A stretch of DNA of 64,000 bases from the NCBI GenBank assembly GCA_033763455.1, contig JANRKO010000033.1, positions 32,001 through 96,000 of the forward strand, written 5' to 3'. Shown in pieces: positions 56,536-64,000 of the stretch (position 1 is the first letter of the stretch; the number at the start of each line of letters is the position of its first letter). Both the position numbers and the translations under genes were made by a program. The notes under the pieces were generated by a model. It ran no database searches and was not told the origin of the DNA. It saw only the letters and a list, made by a program, of their open reading frames with translations. Source of the DNA: Polyangiaceae bacterium (lineage in GTDB: Bacteria > Myxococcota_A > Polyangia > Polyangiales > Polyangiaceae).

Positions 56536-56552
56536 CGAAGAGAAGCAGGTGG

Positions 56553-58001
56553 TTACGACAAGAGCTCCGGCAGGGGGCCCTTACTCGGAACCATAAAGCC
56601 CTGCCCATCGGCATGCACGCCAAAGCCTGCTGACGGCGCACCAAGACCTTGGCCCATAGCGAGCAGCGCATCTTGAAAGCCAATCTCTGCGGAGCCTGGG
56701 TAGCGAATGTAGCGACCATCAAGCTTAAGACCCCCGGCCTTGCCAACCAGCACAAATGGCATGCGCAAGTGGCGAGAATGATGCGTCTCCCCATTGTCAC
56801 TCACGAGCATCGCCAACGCGTTGTCGAACAAGGTGCCATTGCCCGACGGGATGGTCTTGAGAGCGTCAAGTGTTGCGGCAACCATGCCGCTCATCCAAGC
56901 ATACACGCCGGCAATTACGGGTCCGTTGATCGGCTGATCCATGTGCCCAACATCACCAAGGCTTGTGCCATCCATACCATCGAGCGGCGTGCCGACGCGG
57001 AGCTTCGCTAGATCTGGCCCAAAATCGTGAGAATCTCCGCATCCGATATCGACCCCCATCACATTCGTCATGCCGCAGGTAAGCGCAATGCTCGCCATGG
57101 CGTTGAGCGCCTCGAGGCCGGCCACAGGTTCACCGGCTGCTCCAGCTGTGGGTGCGGTACCGCCTGTGCACGTGAGGTTTGCAGCGGCACTAAGGCTCTT
57201 TTCCTGTGCTTCAACCACGGCAAGGTACTTATCTAATTTCGCGCGCTCCTCACCCGCAAAATTCACCTTCAACCGATCCAAATCGTAGCGCAAGCCTTCA
57301 AAGATCAACCGATTCTTGACCGACGGTGTTCCCATCCCCGAAGCCTGCGTCATCGCCGTACCAAACAAGTCCTTGTAGAGCAGGGCTGGGCTCTGAAAGG
57401 AATCGATAGGCTGATTGGGACCACCAGCAAAGAGCATGGGCTTCATGTCTTTATCGACGTGGCTTGAAACACCGATAAGCACTGACTTTCTCGGTGTTCC
57501 CGCACCGATAGTATTGGCCAAATGCTGATCGTAGGTGATCCCGCCTGGCGTTACATTGTCGGGATCGGAGCCAGGCACGCAACTTAACGCCATATAGCCT
57601 AGACCGTGGCCCCCATCTTCACCCTTCCTTGGGTGGTTGCGGAGGCCATCCACCATCACCAACTGATTCCGGTAGGAGGCCTCCAGAGGTTTGAATGCAG
57701 CCGGCAGCGTGTATTCGGAAGAAGTCGCACTGATAAGTTTCGAGTTCGACGGCGACCCGGGCTCCTGCTGATTTTCTGGGGTCGGCTCGGGAAATTCCTT
57801 AGGTGTGAAGACCCAATAGGGGTTGATGCCATTGCAGGCCATCCAGAACATTGCAAGCTTCCTCGGTGCGTCTTGGCCACGAGCTTCACGAATGAGGTTG
57901 GAGGCGAGCGGAGCTAAGAGCGCAGCGCCCATTCCGAGCCCCATTTTCTCTACGAAAGACCGACGGCTGAAGGCGACTGACCTGCGGGAATTATCGATCA
58001 T
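56553..58001 (-). CDS. DUF1552 (HXXSHH-family) protein with Tat signal
   Basis: SRRSFVEK Tat-like motif; NG, TYDQHLA, P..LYKDLFG, KLDKYL, GTLFDN, MPFVLVG; paired with a DUF1592 gene. Confidence 0.85.
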   Translation of the reverse strand: MIDNSRRSVAFSRRSFVEKMGLGMGAALLAPLASNLIREARGQDAPRKLAMFWMACNGINPYWVFTPKEFPEPTPENQQEPGSPSNSKLISATSSEYTLPAAFKPLEASYRNQLVMVDGLRNHPRKGEDGGHGLGYMALSCVPGSDPDNVTPGGITYDQHLANTIGAGTPRKSVLIGVSSHVDKDMKPMLFAGGPNQPIDSFQSPALLYKDLFGTAMTQASGMGTPSVKNRLIFEGLRYDLDRLKVNFAGEERAKLDKYLAVVEAQEKSLSAAANLTCTGGTAPTAGAAGEPVAGLEALNAMASIALTCGMTNVMGVDIGCGDSHDFGPDLAKLRVGTPLDGMDGTSLGDVGHMDQPINGPVIAGVYAWMSGMVAATLDALKTIPSGNGTLFDNALAMLVSDNGETHHSRHLRMPFVLVGKAGGLKLDGRYIRYPGSAEIGFQDALLAMGQGLGAPSAGFGVHADGQGFMVPSKGPLPELLS

Positions 58002-58013
58002 GGTAACGCTCCT

Positions 58014-59831
58014 TTAGTAGCTCCGCTTGAGGAAGGAATCGGAGGCCAGAAGCTCCGCAACGAACTCCAAATAACTTCCAGCTGGCACATACGCATCTTG
58101 GGCTTTCTTGAGGCTGCAGCTATCAAACGCCGTGGCAGAACGCCCCGAAAAGTACTGAAAGCCGTTAACCATCACGCACTGCTCAACGCGCTTACTGCCT
58201 CCCAACAAAGCCGAAAGCTCCACCGCATCCTTGAACTTTCCTGAAGCATCCCCAACGTCCACCAGAGTGCCGCTGCCATCAATGGGCTTGCCCTTGTCTA
58301 CCGTTCGGTAGGTGCCGATGGTGTCGTATATCTCGAATGCGAGCCCTGCTTCGTCGAGATTCGCGTGGCACGGCTTGCAGGACGTGTTTGCTTGGGCGTG
58401 AACCGCAAGGCGCTCGCGCATCGTGAGGGTCGTAGTATCTCCGAGTGGCGGCACGCCCTCAATTGGGACCGCTGGCACACCTCGGCACAGTATCTCAGTA
58501 TTCACAAACTTACCGCGACGCACGGGCAACGTGTCATCTCGCTTGGCCAACGCACCCATCAGCGCGGGGTGAGTAAGAAAACCCGATCGCTGCCCAGCAG
58601 GAGCCGCAGCCTTCATGTAGGGTTGCCCCTCTTGGGGACCGCCGGTCTGTCCGAACACAGCGGCCGTTGAGCAGTCGAAGAAAGTATCCGTTGTCGTGAA
58701 CAATGACCGAACAAACCCATTCGAGCCATTCGAAGCATACACACTGTCCACCAATGCCTGCGCCTGCGGAATTAGCTGCATCCGATTGTAGTGGCACGTA
58801 GCCACTTCGCCGGGCAGGATCATATCCGCCGCCTTTGGCACCGCCTGGATGCTCGGCAACTCAAAGTACTCCATCACGAAATTCCTTGCGTTAACCGAGG
58901 ACGGTGCCGACAACAGACGCTGGGCCTGTTGTTTGATCTGATCTGGGGTGCCAAGGGTACCATTGGTAGCTGCATCCCAGAGTGGCTGATCGGGCGGACC
59001 TCCGGTGAGCGCATAAGCCATGGAGGTGGCTGTTTCGAAGGGGGTGAGCACGGCCACTCCGGCCGTCGGCGTTGTCGCCCCGATCTCTGGGCGGAACAGG
59101 AACTGGGGAGCTAATAACATGCTCTGAAACGCCAACGCCAATGCACCGTCCGCGCCCAGCTCAGCGACGGCGGCCGCATCGGTCGCAAACTTGGTCACGT
59201 AGTGATCCTTCTCCTCCTGCGTAAGTGGCCTACGAAATAGGATCGCACCGCGATCGGCGAGCACCGTTGCCGCACATGCGGCAGAATTATCAGTGGCCCA
59301 GCAACTCCCGGGTTTCACTCGCGCGACGAGGGCTTGCGCCGAATCCCACGCGGCGGGAAGAGCCGCCCGGAACTCGGATTCACCGATGCTCAAGACGCCC
59401 GACTCAGTACTGTATTTACCCCCGGCAGGCTGCAGCGGCACCTTGAGTTCCGGCGGAAGGGCGGGAATCAGTACACTCGCATCTGCCGGTCGCCCATTGA
59501 GCGCCGCGGATACAGAAGCCGCGTACTGAGCTGGATTCAGCCTCCAAACGCGACGGGGCGGTGGTGCCTCAGCGGAAGTACTGCAGGCAAAGGGGTTGTC
59601 TATGGTGAGCGGGGGAACGACTGCCGGAGCTCCACCTGTACCTGGGGTGCTGATGCTGCCACCACTGCTCACTGATGCGCCGCCCACCGCGCTATTAGTC
59701 GACTGAGTGCCGCCTGCCGCGTCACCTCCGTTGCTTGCCGTATTAGACCGGGTACCACCCGCCCTTTCCACGCTGGAGGTGCAGGCTCCGGATAGCAAGG
59801 CGACACAAAACGTAGTTAGCAGATGACGCAT
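58014..59831 (-). CDS. DUF1592/DUF1588 (PSD/PSCyt) family lipoprotein with one CxxCH
   Basis: RRVWRLN..QY, LFRRPLT, APQFLFRPE, RSGFLT, PVRRGKFV, TMRERL..H..CKPCH, FEIYD.IG.YR, PIDGSG. Confidence 0.9.
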   Translation of the reverse strand: MRHLLTTFCVALLSGACTSSVERAGGTRSNTASNGGDAAGGTQSTNSAVGGASVSSGGSISTPGTGGAPAVVPPLTIDNPFACSTSAEAPPPRRVWRLNPAQYAASVSAALNGRPADASVLIPALPPELKVPLQPAGGKYSTESGVLSIGESEFRAALPAAWDSAQALVARVKPGSCWATDNSAACAATVLADRGAILFRRPLTQEEKDHYVTKFATDAAAVAELGADGALALAFQSMLLAPQFLFRPEIGATTPTAGVAVLTPFETATSMAYALTGGPPDQPLWDAATNGTLGTPDQIKQQAQRLLSAPSSVNARNFVMEYFELPSIQAVPKAADMILPGEVATCHYNRMQLIPQAQALVDSVYASNGSNGFVRSLFTTTDTFFDCSTAAVFGQTGGPQEGQPYMKAAAPAGQRSGFLTHPALMGALAKRDDTLPVRRGKFVNTEILCRGVPAVPIEGVPPLGDTTTLTMRERLAVHAQANTSCKPCHANLDEAGLAFEIYDTIGTYRTVDKGKPIDGSGTLVDVGDASGKFKDAVELSALLGGSKRVEQCVMVNGFQYFSGRSATAFDSCSLKKAQDAYVPAGSYLEFVAELLASDSFLKRSY

Positions 59832-59987
59832 AATATTACCGCCCTTGGCACAGCAAGCATTCGCCCGCTCCTAGCAACTGTGGGTACGCGTCAGATTAGC
59901 ATTCTCCGATTGCACCCGACCTTACAAGCCACGCGCCTATTCGGGCCGTACTTAATACTCGGATTTACGCAGCGGATCGCTGTCTGT

Positions 59988-61649
59988 TCAAGAGCGAGGA
60001 GGCGGAGTCATTTCAGAGAACGCCGTGTCGGCCACTGCATAAGCAATGCCTCGGCCTTTGCGCTCGATGCGACAAATACCATCCGAAACCAGCTGCTGGA
60101 GCGCCGCTTGCACCGTCCGCAATGGAATGGAAGTAGCTTTGGAGGCCGTTAACGCAGAGATTACACCCATCCGCGAGATTACCGCCAACACCGCAGTGGA
60201 GAGTGGCTGTGAGCAACGGGCATCGGGTACCACCAAGAGATCCGCGGTAAGTTGCAGCTTCAACGAGTTACCTAGTCTAACAACCTCGCCACGCGCACCG
60301 AGCTCTTGTCGCACGCGGTGCACCAATACATCCAAGGCCCCCTGGTGGCGCGCCGCTGAGAATGCGAAGCCGTGCACTACGCGAAAGAAATCCTCGCGTG
60401 AAAGACCATCTTTGTCGGCCAGCGAAAGCGCGGCGATGGCGGCGCGAGTGCGCCCGCCTCGGCGTTTTGTGTCAGCCATTACGGGCTCAAATGCCGAGAG
60501 CTCCGTCAGCGCATCGGGGCCGAAGAGGGGCAGCCCACGACGCAGCAAGCGCTGCGGCTTCCGAGCTCTTCCCGCGATTACAATCGCGAAGGGACCTGCG
60601 CTAGGCTCCTCCGTCGTGCACACCCCGTGAAGGCCCGCTGGCGGCAGAGAAATCTCTCCCGCCAGCCAGGGCTTGGCTTCAGCCACAGGCAGTGCCGCGG
60701 GATCCATCAACGAAAGCAGCAGACACGCCTCGCGGTGACCCGGCTGAAAGCCAGAGGTAAAGGTGAGCATTGCGTGGACAGCCGCATCGAAGGCAGCGCG
60801 TGCGCCAACGCTGGCACTTTCGAGTGCGTTGTTGAGAGATATCGCAGCCTGGGTACTGCGAGAACCAGCTTCGCCGCTCAGGCGCTGAAGCATGCCGCTG
60901 GCCATTTCCGGGCCACCCGCCAAGAGTAGCTCCCACCCGAGCCAAGGGCCGAGTGCCTGAGGAGCGACGCCCGAAAGGGCAATAAGGATGCGGGAAGCGG
61001 CGTACGGTTTATCAGCATAACGACGAAACCGGGCGAGCACGAGATTGGCGAGACATACCCAATAGGGGAGGCCTTCAGAGGTGGCCATCAGCGACGCTCG
61101 ACGCGCAAAGCCGTGTGCTTCGGTCACCGCACCGAGCTCCAAAGCTACCAGCGCTCGAAGCGCCGTGACCTCTATGACCAGTGGCCCTGCCCCCTGTGCC
61201 GACACGAGCGCAAAAAGCGCCTTGAGCTCCTCCTCCAGCCCGGCAGTTTCGCCGCGCATGAACCTCAGCCACACCTGTGCGACGCTCAACCAGGAGGCTA
61301 GACTTGGCTCAGACAGGTGGCCGTGAAACTTCACCCAGCGTTCGAGGGCGATATCATCGAACGCAAGCACTGCCGAACGCTCGGCGAGCATTGCCATATG
61401 TGAGTACCCGAGCCGCACGTCCGCGTCTTCTGATACGGGGAAAGCATCCGGCTCGGAAGCAGCAACTTCACGGGGATAGCTGGCGAAGAGCCAGGCGCTA
61501 TGCTTCAGGTTCTTCTGCCACAGCGAGGCGGCAACGCTCCCATCTGCTTCTAACTCCTGGCACAGCGCGGAGACTTCAGTTGAATCGCCGGCACGAATCT
61601 TCCCGAGAACCTCAAGGATTCGGAGAGTAAGGGCTTCAGAAGGCGGCAC
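59988..61649 (-). CDS. Putative transcriptional regulator: helical/TPR-like N-terminus, OmpR-like wHTH and a second C-terminal wHTH
   Basis: SREDFFRVVHG...ALDVLVHRVRQEL and ISALTASKATSIPLRTVQAALQQLVSDG...RGIAY; GTG 61649 preferred (ORF open to ATG 61724). Confidence 0.6.
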   Translation of the reverse strand: MPPSEALTLRILEVLGKIRAGDSTEVSALCQELEADGSVAASLWQKNLKHSAWLFASYPREVAASEPDAFPVSEDADVRLGYSHMAMLAERSAVLAFDDIALERWVKFHGHLSEPSLASWLSVAQVWLRFMRGETAGLEEELKALFALVSAQGAGPLVIEVTALRALVALELGAVTEAHGFARRASLMATSEGLPYWVCLANLVLARFRRYADKPYAASRILIALSGVAPQALGPWLGWELLLAGGPEMASGMLQRLSGEAGSRSTQAAISLNNALESASVGARAAFDAAVHAMLTFTSGFQPGHREACLLLSLMDPAALPVAEAKPWLAGEISLPPAGLHGVCTTEEPSAGPFAIVIAGRARKPQRLLRRGLPLFGPDALTELSAFEPVMADTKRRGGRTRAAIAALSLADKDGLSREDFFRVVHGFAFSAARHQGALDVLVHRVRQELGARGEVVRLGNSLKLQLTADLLVVPDARCSQPLSTAVLAVISRMGVISALTASKATSIPLRTVQAALQQLVSDGICRIERKGRGIAYAVADTAFSEMTPPPRS

Positions 61650-61722
61650 ACGTGTTACGCTGCAGGATAGCCGCGGCGCAGTGCGAAGACCAGCGTCCCG
61701 AGATACACTCTTGGTTGCCCCC

Positions 61723-63999
61723 ATGTCTGGCCCTTCGCTGGCGAAAGCTCAAAACATCTCGCCCTACGTACCGCTCGCCAACCTCGCCGCCGGTGGCATG
61801 GCGGAGGTAACGCTTTGCGTGAAGCGCGATGGGCGCTTTGAGCGTTTGTACGCGCTCAAACGACCATTGCCTCAGTTTCGGCTCGACCCGGGCTTCCGGG
61901 AAATGTTCCTCGACGAAGCGCGGGTGGCTGGAGTTGTTCACCATGCCAATGCCGTAGGTGTTGTTGATTTCGGGGAGGATCAGGACGGGCTCTTTCTGGC
62001 CATGGACTTCGTCGAAGGAGTCTCAGTGGCTCATTTGCTCTCGGCAGTAATGCCCAAAACGAGCCTTCTGCCTGTCCAAGCTTGCGTGACGATTGCCTCT
62101 CAGGCAGCCCGCGGCTTGCACGCAGCCCACGAAGCGAAAACTGCCGATGGCCACCCCCTACATATCGTTCACCGGGATGTATCACCTAGGAATATACTTG
62201 TTGGCTACGATGGGGTTGTTCGAGTGGCCGATTTTGGGATTGCGAAGGCACTCGGTAACGCGTTTCGCACCTCTACTGGGATCCTTAAGGGCAGCCTCGG
62301 GTACATGTCGCCAGAGCTCCTCAAATTCCAAACGCCCGATAGGCGCTCGGATCTTTTCTCCCTCGGGATCGTCCTTTTTGAATTATTAACCCGTGAGCGC
62401 CTCTACACGCATACCGAATCCGCGATCGCTCCGCACCGAATTCTGAACGAAGCGCCGCCCGATGCCGGAGAATTTCGCGAAGATCTTCCCCCAGAGCTGG
62501 TGGAGCTGCTCTTCGAAATGCTGGCTAAAAACCCTGATGATCGCCCTCCAACCGCGGAACAGGTTGCTCAACGCTTGGAGAGTATTCTTCATCTGCTTGC
62601 AGCCGAGGAGGGCGCTTTCGATCTTTCTAGCTTTCTTGCCGAGCAATTTGGCGAAGAACGGGAAAAGCTTCGTTCCGATATCCAACGGCAGCTCGCGTCG
62701 CTGCGCGAAGCCCCCAACCAGTCCCGGGAAGAAGCGCGCCCCGAACAACTGGACGCCGTATCGCAGGTGTCCTTGCACCGACGAAGCTGGGCAAAGCCAT
62801 TTATCGGGATAGTCGCCCTCTCCCTCGTCGGGGTGGTCGCGTGGGGCGAGATGGGCGATAAAGGAAAGCCCATAGAGGGAGCTACTCAGCGAGCAATGGC
62901 TCCAGCAAGCAAGCCGAGGAACCCCGAGGCGCGCGGAGTGCAGAACGTTTGGGCGGGCGCCTGGCATTCCTGTGCCACCCGTCAAGAGCAGTTGTTTTGT
63001 TGGGGCAAAAATGGAGATGGCCAGCTTGGAGAAGGAACCTATGGGGATCGAGGAGAACCGTACCCGGTGCCGCTGCACGATGTGAGCATGGCTTCGGGCG
63101 GCAACTTCCACACTTGTGCCGTTAAGCAAGGTGGGCAGTTGTACTGCTGGGGGCGAAACACCGAGGGGCAGCTGGGGTTGGACCCAGCAAAGGTACCCAG
63201 CGCTCCCCAGCCAACCCCTTTGCCAACGATGACCGACGTCATCGCCTTCGATGCGGGGGACTTCGCGAGCTGCGCCGTACGACGCGACGGCAGCGTTTGG
63301 TGTTGGGGTAAACTATTACCGGAGGGCCAACCCCCGCCACCGGCATTCTCGCCGCGCGGCGCTCCTCGTCGCATGCCAGGACTCGATGACGCCATAGCGG
63401 TCAGCGTGAGCGAATCACATGCTTGCGCGCTTCTGCGGGCGGGCACGGTGCTGTGCTGGGGCTCCAACACGCACGGGGAGTTGGGGAGTACACAGCAGAA
63501 CTTCTCGCCCACCCCGCTCGCGGTGCCGGGGGTAAGTGGGGTAATCCAAGTGGGCACGGGAGCTGGTTTTACCTGCACGCTCTCCTCACGGAATCGGGTG
63601 TCCTGCTGGGGCGACAATTCGACTGGCCAGCTGGGGATCGGAGCGGCTACCCGTGTAGCGCGAGAGCCTCGTACGATCGAACACCTCGATGGGGTCAGCC
63701 AGATCTCCGTCAGCGACGCCTGGGCATGCGCACGGCACGCTTCAGACCAAGTCAAATGTTGGGGCAACGGGACTTGGGGCAATCTAGGGAACGGCGGGCT
63801 GGACATGCAGTACACACCCGTGAGGGTTCAGCAACTAGAGGACGCTATTTGGCTCACCACGGGCAGTCAGCACGCATGCGTCCGTCGCAAGACCGGAGCA
63901 TTGGCGTGTTGGGGGCTCAACTCCAGCGGACAGCTGGGGGACGCAAGCGGAGAGTCGCGCACGATTCCAGTGAGCCCCACGACGCCGCCGCCGCTTTGA
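61723..63999 (+). CDS. Transmembrane Ser/Thr protein kinase with extracytoplasmic 7-blade RCC1 propeller
   Basis: LAAGGMAEV, ALKR, HRDVSPRN, DFG, YMSPE, DLFSLG; TM; seven CWG repeats, six with the full CWG.N/G..G.LG form. Confidence 0.93.
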   Translation: MSGPSLAKAQNISPYVPLANLAAGGMAEVTLCVKRDGRFERLYALKRPLPQFRLDPGFREMFLDEARVAGVVHHANAVGVVDFGEDQDGLFLAMDFVEGVSVAHLLSAVMPKTSLLPVQACVTIASQAARGLHAAHEAKTADGHPLHIVHRDVSPRNILVGYDGVVRVADFGIAKALGNAFRTSTGILKGSLGYMSPELLKFQTPDRRSDLFSLGIVLFELLTRERLYTHTESAIAPHRILNEAPPDAGEFREDLPPELVELLFEMLAKNPDDRPPTAEQVAQRLESILHLLAAEEGAFDLSSFLAEQFGEEREKLRSDIQRQLASLREAPNQSREEARPEQLDAVSQVSLHRRSWAKPFIGIVALSLVGVVAWGEMGDKGKPIEGATQRAMAPASKPRNPEARGVQNVWAGAWHSCATRQEQLFCWGKNGDGQLGEGTYGDRGEPYPVPLHDVSMASGGNFHTCAVKQGGQLYCWGRNTEGQLGLDPAKVPSAPQPTPLPTMTDVIAFDAGDFASCAVRRDGSVWCWGKLLPEGQPPPPAFSPRGAPRRMPGLDDAIAVSVSESHACALLRAGTVLCWGSNTHGELGSTQQNFSPTPLAVPGVSGVIQVGTGAGFTCTLSSRNRVSCWGDNSTGQLGIGAATRVAREPRTIEHLDGVSQISVSDAWACARHASDQVKCWGNGTWGNLGNGGLDMQYTPVRVQQLEDAIWLTTGSQHACVRRKTGALACWGLNSSGQLGDASGESRTIPVSPTTPPPL

Positions 64000-64000
64000 G

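Noticed and set aside
59846..59872. Sigma54 promoter upstream of the DUF1592 gene
   Set aside because: The + strand TGGCAC has wrong GG-GC spacing and orientation; the - strand candidate has a good TTGCT but a poor -24 box
1..64000. tRNA, rRNA, CRISPR arrays, IS elements, prophage or defence islands
   Set aside because: None recognised by eye; small divergent RNA genes cannot be excluded without tRNAscan or Infernal

Overview
Gene-dense chromosomal window of roughly 60% GC (judged by eye). It most likely comes from a myxobacterium (Myxococcota, Polyangiaceae-like), inferred from the Gly-rich-linker lipoproteins, DAG low-complexity tracts, DUF1592/DUF1552 pair, Ser/Thr kinases and FHA proteins. 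Core content: rpmH-rnpA-yidD-yidC-jag(khpB) with a divergent rpmG (missed by the ORF track) where dnaA normally sits; lpoB-like and COG3014 lipoproteins; MlaD; a UshA-like/tetraheme cytochrome c fusion; an RNase HII-like gene; moaD; VanW; a complete MoxR-DUF58-Bat operon; two Cys-rich repeat lipoproteins; an ABC exporter; a pseudokinase; DUF72; a PAS hybrid kinase; divergent ku/ligD; dsbD-like; comF; a NUDIX hydrolase; an FHA protein; ruvA; a sigma54 response regulator; an FGE-family protein; a Clp ATPase with a degenerate first ATPase domain; and a 1-Cys peroxiredoxin. The right end is an accessory block: LamG, SGNH hydrolase, DUF1552, DUF1592, a dual winged-helix regulator and a divergent RCC1-sensor Ser/Thr kinase. 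I saw no tRNA, rRNA, CRISPR array, transposase or integrase. Best novelty candidates: (i) the kinase/regulator/DUF1592-DUF1552 module, (ii) a highly base-paired 0.2-kb element at 55.3-55.5 kb between convergent genes, (iii) the metal-ligand-free UshA-like tetraheme lipoprotein, (iv) an unassigned 6-Cys repeat, (v) a 31-bp bidirectional ku/ligD promoter and recurrent leaderless-type starts. All family calls come from motif recognition by eye; no database searches were run.
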